The notes under the pieces were generated by a model. That model did not search any database, had not been told where the DNA came from, and saw nothing but the letters and a program-made list of their open reading frames with translations. A DNA stretch of 64,000 nucleotides, taken from positions 752,401-816,400 of the forward strand of contig CAYTKM010000001.1 of assembly GCA_964438425.1 (NCBI GenBank). Direction: 5' to 3'. The stretch is from an uncultured Gammaproteobacteria bacterium. GTDB lineage: Bacteria > Cyanobacteriota > Vampirovibrionia > LMEP-6097. The translations under genes were made by a program, and so were the position numbers. Positions 19,583 through 31,170 of the stretch are shown here, one piece after another (within the stretch, counting starts at the first letter, position 1; every line of letters starts with the position of its first letter).

Positions 19583-21140
19583 TATTAATAAAGAATACTC
19601 ACTAACTAAAATCGTAGCTACCTTAGGTCCTGCGACTGAAACTTACGAAGCGATCAGCAGCTTAATTGAAGCCGGCATGAATGTAGCTAGATTAAACTGC
19701 TCTCATGGTGACTGGGATGTTAGAGCTCAGCGTATCGAAAATATCCGCAAGGCATCAGCTAATATGCAAAGACCGATCGGTATTTTAGCTGACTTGCAGG
19801 GACCGAAAATCCGTACTGGTATCGTACCTGGTGAGGGTATTAATGTAGATAAAGGCGAAGAAATTATTTTAGTTATTGATGAAAATCAAGCTGATTACTC
19901 TGATGATAGTAGTGTAAAAAAACTTTTTATAAAAAACTATTTAGAATTACCACAAGACGTTTCTATCGGACAAAGAATTTTACTGGATGATGGCGTTATT
20001 CGTCTTAAAGTAAAAGAAATTAAAGGTAATGACGTTCATTGTGAAGTGATCTTTGGTGGTTTAATTCGTTCTAATAAAGGTGTTAACTTACCTGAATCTA
20101 GTCAAAAAAATCTTGAAGCCATTACCAAAAAAGATAAAGAAGATTTAATCGAAGCTGTTAAGCATAAAGTAGAATTTATTGCCTTGAGTTTTGTAAAAAC
20201 TGCTGCTGATATCAGATATTTAAAACAGCTTATCGCTGAAGCTAATTCTGATGAGCATCCGATTAAGATCGTAGCTAAGATTGAAAAACCACAGGCTTTA
20301 GATCATTTAGATGAAATTTTGGATGTAGTTGATGGTGTAATGGTTGCTAGGGGTGATCTTGGTGTGGAATTAGAACCAGAAAGAGTGCCTGTCGTCCAAA
20401 AAGAAATCATTCGCAAGGCTAATCTTAAAAAGAAATTTGTTATTACGGCAACTCAAATGATGGATTCAATGATTAGTAAACCATTCCCAACACGTGCAGA
20501 GGTTTCTGATGTAGCCAATGCAATTTTAGATGGAACAGATGCTGTTATGTTATCTAACGAAACTGCAATGGGCTCATTTCCATATGAAACTGTTGATCAA
20601 ATGCGTAAAATAGCTTTAGAAATCGAGAAAAATGGTGATATTCGCGTGCAGAAAATTGATCTCTTTGAGATGGATCCTAATTTAGATAATATTAATCACT
20701 TGGCGATGGCTCAGTCAGTTGAAAATCTGGCTAAATTAGCTCATGTAAAAACTATTTTATGTTTTAGCTGTTCAGGTGCCAGCGCTACTTTAATTTCTAA
20801 ACTTAAACCTAAATCTAGAATTATCGCAGCAACCACTTATGATCATACTTATAACTATTTATCTATTGTTTGGGGTGTGATGCCGATTTATTTTGATCAG
20901 GTTCAGCAAACTACACAGACTATTTATAATATTGAAAATCATTTAATTGAAGAAGGCTTAGTTGAGCAAGATGAGACTATAATTATTACAGGTGGCTTGC
21001 CGATTGCAGCTCGCGGACCTTCTAACTTTGTTAAAGTTCACAAATGTGACGGTTCGATACATGAAAAATCGATTAAAAAATTAAGTATCGAGAATACACG
21101 TAAGCTGGGACCGCTTAAAAAAAAACTAGTTAGTGCGTAA
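19572..21140 (+). CDS. pyk: Pyruvate kinase
   Basis: KIVATLGPATE..GMNVARLNCSHGDW, MVARGDLGVE motifs; 522 aa; overlaps anmK end by 11 nt. Confidence 0.9.
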   Translation: MSININKEYSLTKIVATLGPATETYEAISSLIEAGMNVARLNCSHGDWDVRAQRIENIRKASANMQRPIGILADLQGPKIRTGIVPGEGINVDKGEEIILVIDENQADYSDDSSVKKLFIKNYLELPQDVSIGQRILLDDGVIRLKVKEIKGNDVHCEVIFGGLIRSNKGVNLPESSQKNLEAITKKDKEDLIEAVKHKVEFIALSFVKTAADIRYLKQLIAEANSDEHPIKIVAKIEKPQALDHLDEILDVVDGVMVARGDLGVELEPERVPVVQKEIIRKANLKKKFVITATQMMDSMISKPFPTRAEVSDVANAILDGTDAVMLSNETAMGSFPYETVDQMRKIALEIEKNGDIRVQKIDLFEMDPNLDNINHLAMAQSVENLAKLAHVKTILCFSCSGASATLISKLKPKSRIIAATTYDHTYNYLSIVWGVMPIYFDQVQQTTQTIYNIENHLIEEGLVEQDETIIITGGLPIAARGPSNFVKVHKCDGSIHEKSIKKLSIENTRKLGPLKKKLVSA

Positions 21141-21531
21141 TTACGAAATAAACTTACTATATGATGATCAAGATGGATTTTGTAAATTCATAAAGAGGCT
21201 AATAGCCTTTTTTAGTTCATCGTATATTAATTTTAAACCTTTAAGTGAGCTTGAAGGATCTTATGCTGGTTTAAAGGCTGCTGATCTTAAGTATGACTTT
21301 AGACTCATTTATGATTTTGAGATTACTGAAGATGAGTTTGAAGCTATGGACACTTCTTATATTCATGGTGTATCAGATAAACGTATCTACTCTGGTGGTG
21401 AAGCTTTCGTAAAGGCTTTAGCTTTAAATAGCTTTTTAGGTACTTTAGCTAATTGGTATTACAAAGACGATAATTTAAAAAAATATATCGATGATTATAT
21501 CTATGAAAACACCTTAGCCAAAAAACGTTAA
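21133..21531 (+). CDS. Hypothetical protein (weak resemblance to DUF393/DCC thiol-disulfide oxidoreductase family, single Cys)
   Basis: ORF 132 aa overlapping pyk stop by 8 nt; LYDDQDGFCKF segment. Confidence 0.45.
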   Translation: MRNYEINLLYDDQDGFCKFIKRLIAFFSSSYINFKPLSELEGSYAGLKAADLKYDFRLIYDFEITEDEFEAMDTSYIHGVSDKRIYSGGEAFVKALALNSFLGTLANWYYKDDNLKKYIDDYIYENTLAKKR

Positions 21532-21679
21532 CTAATGTATTAATTTTGCTTTAGAATATTAAGTTTTTTTTAAGTTGGTTGCGCTTCTAGTTAATTAAGT
21601 TATGATAGTTTGTCAATCTGACATTGAAACGAAATACTAAAGTTTAGATGAAGGTACTTGCTTTAGCTATATCAAGCTA

Positions 21680-22372
21680 ATGTATTTTTCTTTTAGTGAA
21701 GATTTTTTAACTATGAATAATTTAAAAACGAATCTTACTTCGGGTACTTTTGGTGCTCTAATGATGGGAGCTTTAGCTAGTAACCTGAATGCAGTAGCTG
21801 GTGAAAAGCCTCATTTTATTAGTTCACCGATAATCCCCCAAAATTCTAAGGTTTTTCCGACTAATACTAAGCAACCTAAACTATATGCAAGAGACTTAGG
21901 TCGTAAAATTGCTAGTACTAAGACTGATAATATTTTTGGTAAATTTCCACCTACGTATAACCTGGTGTCTGTGCTAAATGCTGCACTTAAACATAACTAT
22001 AGTCCAGACAAATCTACAGTAACTGATTTTGATGGTAAGAAAATAATCTATCGAAGTAAAAGTGCCAGTCCACTAGTAATTAAACCAGATAATCATAATA
22101 CTAAGCTAACTCATGACGTGACTGTAAATGTATATAAAGATAAAGTTACCTTTGATATTAAAGGTCATGGCACTGCTGGAACAAGTTCTAAACTAAGTGT
22201 CGCTAATTTTAAAAAATATAAAGATAATATTTATAAAGTCGATGTTGATTATCAGGAATTTAGTCAGGGAAGTTTAGTGGCAAATCAAAGAGCAAGTAAA
22301 ATGAATGTTGAATATAAACACCTAAAACCTCTACTTGAAATGCAAAATCAGTTAAAAGCCTTACTTAAGTAA
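21680..22372 (+). CDS. Hypothetical secreted protein; likely start at internal Met 21713 (MNNLKTNL)
   Basis: Signal-like TSGTFGALMMGALASNLNAVAG; 230 aa. Confidence 0.5.
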   Translation: MYFSFSEDFLTMNNLKTNLTSGTFGALMMGALASNLNAVAGEKPHFISSPIIPQNSKVFPTNTKQPKLYARDLGRKIASTKTDNIFGKFPPTYNLVSVLNAALKHNYSPDKSTVTDFDGKKIIYRSKSASPLVIKPDNHNTKLTHDVTVNVYKDKVTFDIKGHGTAGTSSKLSVANFKKYKDNIYKVDVDYQEFSQGSLVANQRASKMNVEYKHLKPLLEMQNQLKALLK

Positions 22373-22515
22373 TAAGTTTTTTAGCTTCCAGATATCCTGA
22401 TTATCTAACTGATTAAATAGTTAAATTGATAGTCAGAACATGCTTAGATAATTAAAGATTTTAGCTTAAGTGGGTAAGAGTTATGAAAGGTCTATAGTTT
22501 AGATTTAATTTGTTA

Positions 22516-23514
22516 TTAAGCTTCACCACTGTCGGCGACTTCGCCGCCGCCAGCATCACCACCGCCAGCATCAGCTGTTACTACAGCTGCACCACCAGCA
22601 TCAGCGCTACCACTAAAACTTGCACCAGCTAGATCACCAGCAGAAACTGCTGCATTGCTTTCAGCACCTACAGCCATTACACTGTCTGCGATAGTACTTT
22701 CACCATTTGTATTAGAACCTTCAGCACCATACATGATTACCGCTGCCGAAACGGATGCTACCGTCATAGCAACGCCACCTTTATCTTCAGAAGCGATGTT
22801 ATTAGTATCATCACCTTTACCAGCGCCATCTACGCTATTTTCGCCCATGAAGCTAGGCATATTGGCAATAATATCTTGGACTTCATTACTACCGTATACA
22901 TCACTTGCGGTGTTGCCAGCTCTCGCTAGGGTGTTATTACTAGCTGCGGTAAAAGAATTTTCATTTAAAGCAAGTGCGCTAAAACCAGGCCCTGAAATCG
23001 ATTCGGCTGGACTTACATTACCAGGATCATTCGCTGCTGATAAATTAACCGCTTGGTTGCCAGGTGCATTTACTATGTTGTTTGCAGCGCTGACTTCATT
23101 TGCTTGCGTGCCAGCTGTTAGTTTAGCTGTACTACTTTCGTTACTGGTTGTTGCGCTAAGTTTTACTGTACTACCAGATTTACTGGTCGCATTAGCTGAA
23201 AGTTTAGTTACATTATTATCGTTAGACCCAAAAGCGCTAAATGCGTTTTGCATACTGCCATTACCAGTCGGACCAGCTTTGGCAAGTGCACTTGGACCAG
23301 TTAACTGATCACCTTTAGCAGCAATAGCAGCTCTGGCGTTATCTGCTTTTGAGCTTACAGCAGCCTTACTACTAGCATCAACTTCTTCAGTTCCCTGAGG
23401 GCTAAACTCACCGCCAGTAACTTTAGGTGCTGCGGCTTTTGCTGTACTACCATTAGGTTTACCTGAATCAGGGTTACCAAAGTCGGGTCTTTTTGTTATC
23501 AGCTCATTAGACAT
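22516..23514 (-). CDS. Hypothetical Ala/Gly/Ser/Asn-rich intrinsically disordered protein; locally GC-rich
   Basis: ORF 332 aa of very low complexity (e.g. GGAAVVTADAGGGDAGGGEVADSGEA); the opposite-strand ORF 22655..23308 is its antisense shadow. Confidence 0.55.
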   Translation of the reverse strand: MSNELITKRPDFGNPDSGKPNGSTAKAAAPKVTGGEFSPQGTEEVDASSKAAVSSKADNARAAIAAKGDQLTGPSALAKAGPTGNGSMQNAFSAFGSNDNNVTKLSANATSKSGSTVKLSATTSNESSTAKLTAGTQANEVSAANNIVNAPGNQAVNLSAANDPGNVSPAESISGPGFSALALNENSFTAASNNTLARAGNTASDVYGSNEVQDIIANMPSFMGENSVDGAGKGDDTNNIASEDKGGVAMTVASVSAAVIMYGAEGSNTNGESTIADSVMAVGAESNAAVSAGDLAGASFSGSADAGGAAVVTADAGGGDAGGGEVADSGEA

Positions 23515-23633
23515 AATTATATCTAAGCATTACAAGTTTAACTTTTGTTTAAATCTAGCTAAGTGAATGTTATAGCTTTGTAGCTTACTAACTTATTATC
23601 TAAACTAATTAAAATATATTTTCTTAGCTTGAA

Positions 23634-23717
23634 TTTAGAAAAATTTTATAAATATAGGTGAAATTTAGAATTAATTTATAAATTTGTGGTTTTTTTAGAA
23701 AAAAATTCTAAATTTTA
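23634..23717. repeat. Three copies of palindromic motif TTTAGAAAA(n)TTyTAAA in the divergent promoter region between 22516..23514(-) and purA(+)
   Basis: tttagaaaaattttataaa, tttagaattaatttataaa, tttagaaaaaaattctaaatttta read directly; same family as 10660-10772. Confidence 0.5.
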
Positions 23718-23807
23718 GCTGCGGGCTTGGTGAGTTTATAATCCTTAAAATAAGTTGTGGAAATCACTAGCTAGCTAAGTTTAGAAAATACTAAATGCTA
23801 AAATTAG

Positions 23808-25115
<1,308 letters not shown>

Positions 25116-25372
25116 GTTTAAGTAATTTTCTTGTCTTATAAGTGACACTCTTATTTTATAGGTGGCTTTAACCACGCCTTTGTTTTAAAAATCACTTATT
25201 TAATTTGTAACTGAAATTGACTTAACTATTTATCTGCTACTACGTATATAATGAACCAGCTCATAAGATATTTTTAGTCACTAAACTAAATTGATTATGT
25301 GAAATTGTTATTTCGCAGCTAAATTGACACTAACGAAGATGAAATTATGTAGAATAAAGATAGTGGTTTCAT

Positions 25373-26773
25373 ATGATAAAGACCCAAACACAGCTTTACA
25401 ATACTTATCTTAAAAAACTTGCTGGCAAGGTAGGTTACCTTAATATACCTGATCAAGCGATCAAAGCTGGTTCCGCTAGTGAAAATTCTTTAAAAAGCTT
25501 AAAATTAGCTGCAAATGATAACCTGCAAGCGCTTTTTGAAAAACCAGCTGAGCGTATCAGCACTTTAAAAGAGTTTGATAATTATATAAAGAAAGAATTT
25601 AAGCTATCTAAAGATTTAGTAACTACAAATTTAGATCATAAATTAACTAAACAGGCAGCTGAGCTGTCAACTTTAGCGCCAGCTAAATTAAAAGAGCTTC
25701 GTAAAAAGCATTTAGATAAACTAGAGCTTCTATTTACTGATCTTGAGCAGGGTTGGATGAATTTCATGCAGCACTATCAACAACTAAGCGCCGATCCTAG
25801 CTTAAATGAATACAGTAATACTTATATTCCTAAGTCAATAGCTAAGCTAGATCTACATGATCTTAGTAAATTTTTTAAGGCTAATTTAGATACTTACCGG
25901 AATACTTTACTTAAAATAGAACCTAACATAGCAGATAATGACATACATTATCTTAGTTTAAACCATACTAAACTTGATGACGCTCTTTATAATATTTTTA
26001 TTCATCAAGGTCTGCCTTTAAAACCTGAGGTGTTTCATTTTTTCGATAAGCTACTTGGCACTGACCAGAGAGTGACTATCAGCAGACCGACTGAAAATAA
26101 TTTTAGTCTTCAAGAACCGATAGCTCATGATCATAGGTTGATTATAACTAGGGGGGATGCTGGTAGTATAAAACTTGAATTTGATGATAATGAAAAAACT
26201 GTCGAGCTGTTAGCAGCTCACCTTAATAATAAACTAGTATTAGCTTTAAATAAAGAACAGAGCACCAGTGAAATTAAACACTTTAGCTTTCAAAAAAAGG
26301 CTATTAACCATAAAAAGCAGACTGAAACTGTAGTAGATAGGTTCAATTATAGCCCTGAGCAAGTTGAAAAGTCTGGCTTAGTGTCAGCTGAAGATGAAAA
26401 ATTGATTTTAAAAGATAAGCTAGCAGTCAATTTGGCTAATATAAATGATATTTTGCTTAAATTAATTAGTAATTATTACCTGAAACCTAAGTTTATCTAT
26501 GCACCAGGTGAACTTAGGAGCCCTTTGATTATGCGTGTCGCAGATTTGCGCCAAGATCCACTTGCCTCTGATGAAGTGCAAGACGAAAATTTAAATAGTA
26601 ATAACTTAAATCTAAAAGTTGAAATTATGAATCAAGATTTTAAATTAGAAAATCAAAGTGAAACTCATAAGCTAAAATTTCCACAAGTGAAAACTAAGAA
26701 TTTTAAAACTTCATTTGAAGGAGTAGATAAACAAACTAAAGCCGCTTTCGAATATTTAATTACTGAAATGTAG
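25373..26773 (+). CDS. Hypothetical hydrophilic protein (466 aa), ORFan
   Basis: Long ORF with no recognisable motif or signal peptide. Confidence 0.5.
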   Translation: MIKTQTQLYNTYLKKLAGKVGYLNIPDQAIKAGSASENSLKSLKLAANDNLQALFEKPAERISTLKEFDNYIKKEFKLSKDLVTTNLDHKLTKQAAELSTLAPAKLKELRKKHLDKLELLFTDLEQGWMNFMQHYQQLSADPSLNEYSNTYIPKSIAKLDLHDLSKFFKANLDTYRNTLLKIEPNIADNDIHYLSLNHTKLDDALYNIFIHQGLPLKPEVFHFFDKLLGTDQRVTISRPTENNFSLQEPIAHDHRLIITRGDAGSIKLEFDDNEKTVELLAAHLNNKLVLALNKEQSTSEIKHFSFQKKAINHKKQTETVVDRFNYSPEQVEKSGLVSAEDEKLILKDKLAVNLANINDILLKLISNYYLKPKFIYAPGELRSPLIMRVADLRQDPLASDEVQDENLNSNNLNLKVEIMNQDFKLENQSETHKLKFPQVKTKNFKTSFEGVDKQTKAAFEYLITEM

Positions 26774-26885
26774 TCAATTCTTTGATGAAAATTAACTGCT
26801 TGCAATTACATCTAATTTTTATGATGATTTCAGATACGACTATAGAATTTTAATATTTAAACTCTATAGTCACAAATTAATTAAA

Positions 26886-27680
26886 CTAACCTGCAACTTT
26901 ACGCATCATGTCACGAGCTGCCCTAGTTTTAGCTTTTCGTGGTGCAAATTTACTTAAAAACATGGTAATTTGGTTAAAAAATCCATTAATTTTAACTTTG
27001 GATTGCTGTTTTTGGCTTATTCTTAAACAATCTTCAGCTACACTTTCAGCTGTTGCAAGTACATTTGCTGGTAACTTAAATTCACCCATATCAGCTCGCA
27101 TATTAAACTCTGTTTTAGTTGGACCAGGGCAAACGCAAGAAACTTTTATCTGACTATCAGCAAGCTCACAAGCTAAAGCTTCAGAAAAACTTAGTACATA
27201 AGCTTTGCTAGCGGCATAAACTCCCATTAAGGGTATAGCTTGAAAAGCTGCGGTAGAAGCTATATTAATAATTTCACCTGCTAAGTTTCTATCTAGGCGC
27301 TCTTTTATATAAAAATAACTTAATTTAGTTAAACTTTCGATGTTTAGTTTAATAATATTCTTTAATCTTACCCACTCTGCATCTTTGAATTCCGCAAAAT
27401 CACCGACACCAGCATTATTGATTAAGATATCTGCTGAGATTTCCAATCTTGCCAGCTCTAAAAAAACTTCTTCAATTGCATGCGTCATGCTTAAGTCTTT
27501 TGAGATGATATCCACTCTTAAATCTGCTTGCTCGGAGCTAATACTAATAGCTAGTTCACTTAATCTATGCTCTCTTCTGGCTATTAAAACTAAGTTATAA
27601 CCAGCTGCGGCGTAAACCTTAGCACATGCTGCACCGATACCACTTGAAGCCCCAGTTATTAAGACGGTTTTTCTATTCAT
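26886..27680 (-). CDS. SDR family oxidoreductase
   Basis: VLITGASSGIGAACA and YAASKAYV (YxxxK) motifs. Confidence 0.85.
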   Translation of the reverse strand: MNRKTVLITGASSGIGAACAKVYAAAGYNLVLIARREHRLSELAISISSEQADLRVDIISKDLSMTHAIEEVFLELARLEISADILINNAGVGDFAEFKDAEWVRLKNIIKLNIESLTKLSYFYIKERLDRNLAGEIINIASTAAFQAIPLMGVYAASKAYVLSFSEALACELADSQIKVSCVCPGPTKTEFNMRADMGEFKLPANVLATAESVAEDCLRISQKQQSKVKINGFFNQITMFLSKFAPRKAKTRAARDMMRKVAG

Positions 27681-27821
27681 GGTTTTTATTATGACATTAA
27701 AGTGTGGTTTTGAATTTTAGGCTTATTTATTTAAAATCGTAGTCTATCAGTTAGTAAGCTTATAATAGAACAATTGCTGACTTTAAAAATACTAGGAATT
27801 AGAGATAGCTATCTTGTGGGT

Positions 27822-28094
27822 CTAAAGCACTGCCAGCTCAGGAATTCGCATAATAAATTTACGGGTGAAATCTACGATCATAGTAGTAATCCAAGGTCCG
27901 AAGATTAAAAAACTAATAATCATAATAAACAATTTAGGCACGAAAGTCAGTGTTTGTTCACTGATTTGAGTTACTGCTTGAAACAAACTAATTAAAATAC
28001 CACTAACTAGACTTGGCACCAGAATAGGCAAAGCGGTAAGACCAATCATAAATAAAGTCTTATTCACAAGTTCCAGAAAAAGTGATTCGTCCAT
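27822..28094 (-). CDS. fliQ: Flagellar/type III export apparatus protein FliQ (SctS family)
   Basis: LFQAVTQISEQTLTFVPKL matches FliQ core LQAATQINEQTLSFIPK; 90 aa, two TM. Confidence 0.85.
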   Translation of the reverse strand: MDESLFLELVNKTLFMIGLTALPILVPSLVSGILISLFQAVTQISEQTLTFVPKLFIMIISFLIFGPWITTMIVDFTRKFIMRIPELAVL

Positions 28095-28224
28095 ATCAAT
28101 CTTATACCCTAAAGTTGGTCTAGAGTTATAAGCTAAGTAGTTTAAAACTATATCATTGTTCAGAATTTATGTCATTTAGTCTTAAAATCACCTAGTAGTT
28201 TATTTTTTTAATCTGGCATCTGTG

Positions 28225-28989
28225 CTATTGCGTGTTTGTAAAGCTACTAACTAGATTTTCGGTAATCAGGTTCCAACCATCTACTAAAATAAATAAAACT
28301 ACCTTGAATGGTAGCGCGATAGTCGCTGGTGGTAAGAACATTAGACCGATTGAAACCAAGGCACTAGCAGCAATCATATCAATAACTACAAATGGTAAAA
28401 ATAAGGTAAAGCCAATTTGAAAGGCTTTTTTTAGTTCACCTAACATGTAAGCAACCATCAAGACATGAGTTGGTAAGTCATCGGTGCTATCTACCTGCTC
28501 TAAATTTGCGATCTTGAAAGATAATTTAAGCTGCTCATCGCTAGTTTGGGTAAGCATAAAGTCTTTTAAAGGTCCCATAGTACGCTTGAAAAATTGTTTT
28601 TCATCTATTTCCTGAGCTAAAAACGGTTGCAAGGCAGTATCATTAATCTCAGTAAAAGTGGGTTTCATAACCATAAAGGTTAAAATTAAAGCTAAACCAA
28701 TAAGAACTTGAGTAGGCGGTAACTGTCCTAAACCTAAAGCTAGGCGTAGCATACCGAAAACCACTATAAAGCGAATAAAGCTAGTAGTCATGAGTAATAT
28801 AGATGGCGCTACACTCAGTACTGTCATCAGTACTAAAATTTGTAGTCCAGTGCTTAAACTTTGGCCACTATCACCAATTTGAATGGATAGAGCGTTAGCT
28901 GCTTGAACAGGAGCTATGCAGATTATTCCACAAATAAAAAATGGCAGAATTACTTTGAAAAGTAACCTGCCAGCAAAAGGACTGTGCAT
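28225..28989 (-). CDS. fliP: Flagellar/type III export apparatus protein FliP (SctR family)
   Basis: PSILLMTTSFIRFIVVFGMLRLALGLGQLPPTQVLIGLALILTFMVMKP is near-identical to the FliP signature; N-terminal signal peptide; 254 aa. Confidence 0.9.
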   Translation of the reverse strand: MHSPFAGRLLFKVILPFFICGIICIAPVQAANALSIQIGDSGQSLSTGLQILVLMTVLSVAPSILLMTTSFIRFIVVFGMLRLALGLGQLPPTQVLIGLALILTFMVMKPTFTEINDTALQPFLAQEIDEKQFFKRTMGPLKDFMLTQTSDEQLKLSFKIANLEQVDSTDDLPTHVLMVAYMLGELKKAFQIGFTLFLPFVVIDMIAASALVSIGLMFLPPATIALPFKVVLFILVDGWNLITENLVSSFTNTQ

Positions 28990-29028
28990 TAAATATATTA
29001 AAGCACAATATATTTAAATTGAAAAATA

Positions 29029-29307
29029 CTAAGCTTCGCTTGGAGCTGCTGCTTTAGCAATAAAGTTAGCTAAACGGCTTTTAAGGCGCGCTGCTGTATT
29101 TTTATGATAAACGTTATTTTTTACAGCTTTATCCATAGCCTGATAAGCTAAACTAAGTTGGCTATTTACTTCTTCAGTTTTACCTTCAGTTGCAGATTCC
29201 CTAACTTTTCTGAATAAAGTTCTCACTTTAGACTTAGTGCTGATGTTTCTTAATCTATTTCTTTCAGCGATCTGAACTCTTTTTTTAGCTGATTTAATAT
29301 TTGGCAT
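29029..29307 (-). CDS. rpsT: 30S ribosomal protein S20
   Basis: MPNIKSAKKRVQIAERNRLRN... from internal ATG 29305-29307; the longer ORF-track version (to 29481) is a spurious upstream extension overlapping map. Confidence 0.9.
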   Translation of the reverse strand: MPNIKSAKKRVQIAERNRLRNISTKSKVRTLFRKVRESATEGKTEEVNSQLSLAYQAMDKAVKNNVYHKNTAARLKSRLANFIAKAAAPSEA

Positions 29308-29363
29308 AGAAAGCTTATAATAACACATAGGATAATTATTTTGCATGTTATTCTTAAAAAGTA

Positions 29364-30194
29364 ATGTCTGGAAATTCAAAACATATATATAAAGAAAGTG
29401 AATACGAAAATCTAAGAACCGCAGGTTGGCTAGCAGGTGAAGTACTTCATTTAGCAGGTGCAATGTGCGTGCCTGGGGCAAATTTGCTTGAGATAGATAA
29501 ATTTGCTCATGACTGGATTACTGAAAAGGGGCACAAGCCTACTTTTCTGGGATATCACGGTTTTCCTAATACTCTATGTATTTCAGTAAATGAACAAATA
29601 GTTCATGGTATTCCTAACGAAAGACTTTTAAAAGAAGGTGACATCGTTAGTATCGATGTTGGGGTCACAGTAACTGCTGAGCATGAAGGTCAGGATAAAA
29701 CTTATGTCGGTGATAATGCTTTTACTTTTCCTGTAGGTGAGATTACTCCTAAAATTAAACGTTTATTAAAGGTTAATAATGATGGTCTGTGGGCTGGCTT
29801 GGATGCAATTAAAGCGGGTAATATGATCAGTGATATCGCTAAAGCTGTTGAAGCTGTAGTAAAACCGCTGCGCTACGGTAATGTTAAAGAATATGGTGGT
29901 CATGGTATTGGCCCTGATTATCATTGCCAACCATTTATTCCGAATTATGAAAGTTTCTTTAAATTTCAAGCAGATGAAGAAATTGAAGTAGGTATGGTCT
30001 TGGCTGTAGAGCCGATGTTTTGTTTAGGTAATTCGACTACGAAAAAGCATCGTGATGGTTGGACTGTTGTTACAGCTGATCGTAAACCAGCAGCGCACTT
30101 TGAACATTCTGCTTTAGTAAAAGCCGACGGTATTGAAATTATTACTGATGCTCGTAAAACTAGAGAAATGTTTAAAGAATTTGCTGAGGCTTAA
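29364..30194 (+). CDS. map: Methionine aminopeptidase type I
   Basis: Metal-ligand regions DIVSIDVG, HGIGPDYHCQP, VLAVEPM; 276 aa. Confidence 0.9.
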   Translation: MSGNSKHIYKESEYENLRTAGWLAGEVLHLAGAMCVPGANLLEIDKFAHDWITEKGHKPTFLGYHGFPNTLCISVNEQIVHGIPNERLLKEGDIVSIDVGVTVTAEHEGQDKTYVGDNAFTFPVGEITPKIKRLLKVNNDGLWAGLDAIKAGNMISDIAKAVEAVVKPLRYGNVKEYGGHGIGPDYHCQPFIPNYESFFKFQADEEIEVGMVLAVEPMFCLGNSTTKKHRDGWTVVTADRKPAAHFEHSALVKADGIEIITDARKTREMFKEFAEA

Positions 30195-30300
30195 GTAAAT
30201 TAAAACTAAAAAATCGTTAATTGCAGATAATAAGCAAGAAGCAAGAACTTATAGCGCTTAAATATGCTATTTTATATAACTTGAAGGGAGATAAGTTAAC

Positions 30301-30552
30301 TTGTCAAAACAAATCATTGAAATGGAAGGCACGGTTAAAGAGACCGTACAAGGAGCTAAGTTTGTTGTAAAACTTGATAATGACCATGAAGTAATGGCAA
30401 GTATCTCTGGCAAGATCCGTAAGAACTATATTAAGATCTTACCCGGCGATCGAGTTAGAGTAGAACTTACACCATATGACCTAAGTGTTGGACGCATTAC
30501 GTTTAGAATTGCTAAGCGTCGTGTAGACTTCAATAAGGAAGAGGAAGAATAG
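30301..30552 (+). CDS. infA: Translation initiation factor IF-1 (TTG start, short acidic C-terminal tail)
   Basis: [64 protein letters not shown]. Confidence 0.95.
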   Translation: MSKQIIEMEGTVKETVQGAKFVVKLDNDHEVMASISGKIRKNYIKILPGDRVRVELTPYDLSVGRITFRIAKRRVDFNKEEEE

Positions 30553-30628
30553 GCAGTTTAACAAAGTTTTAATTCTTGCACCTACATCGTTTGTGCTACA
30601 ATTTTGTTTCTGTTAATTAGGCAATTAA

Positions 30629-30742
30629 ATGAAAGTAAGATCATCAGTCAAAAAAATATGTGCGAAATGCAAAGTTATCCGTCGTAAAGGGCGAGTAATG
30701 GTAATTTGTGAAAACCCAAAGCATAAGCAAAGACAAGGATAA
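30629..30742 (+). CDS. rpmJ: 50S ribosomal protein L36
   Basis: Manual translation [37 protein letters not shown] (CxxC...C...H zinc ribbon); not in ORF track (too short). Confidence 0.9.
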   Translation: MKVRSSVKKICAKCKVIRRKGRVMVICENPKHKQRQG

Positions 30743-30766
30743 TAATAAAAAAGGTTATATAAAAAC

Positions 30767-31141
30767 ATGGCTAGAGTCGCAGGCGTAGATTTACCAAATA
30801 AAAGAATAGTAATAGCACTTACCTACATTTTCGGTGTGGGCTTAACTACTTCTAAAGAGATATTAAAAAAAGTTGATATCGATGAGAGCGTTAGAGCTAA
30901 CGATCTTACAGAGGATCAATTAGTTAAAATCAGAGACATTTTAAAAACTTACATGATTGAAGGTGATCTTCGTCGTAAGTTTGGTCTGAATATTAAACGA
31001 TTGATCGAAATTAACTGTTACCGTGGTATTAGACACAGGAAAGGTTTACCAGTTAGAGGTCAGCGTACTAAAACTAACTCTCGTACACGTAGATCTAAGA
31101 AACGTATTGCAGTTCCAGGTAAAAAACAACCTGGTAAATAA
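30767..31141 (+). CDS. rpsM: 30S ribosomal protein S13
   Basis: [25 protein letters not shown]... 124 aa. Confidence 0.95.
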   Translation: MARVAGVDLPNKRIVIALTYIFGVGLTTSKEILKKVDIDESVRANDLTEDQLVKIRDILKTYMIEGDLRRKFGLNIKRLIEINCYRGIRHRKGLPVRGQRTKTNSRTRRSKKRIAVPGKKQPGK

Positions 31142-31170
31142 AAACTAGTACTCTCTAAAAAGGAAATTTT

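Noticed and set aside
22655-23308. 217-aa ORF on + strand
   Set aside because: Antisense shadow of the GC-rich low-complexity gene 22516..23514(-). Its Ala/Leu/Pro-rich translation is typical of reverse-frame artefacts.
25324-25355. Sigma70-like promoter (TTGACA ... TAGAAT) upstream of 25373 ORF
   Set aside because: Spacer is about 20 nt, outside the 16-18 nt optimum. I cannot support it confidently without TSS data.
29029-29481. 150-aa version of rpsT ORF
   Set aside because: The N-terminal 58 residues are an unconserved extension that overlaps the map start. Real S20 begins at MPNIKSAKKR (ATG 29305-29307).
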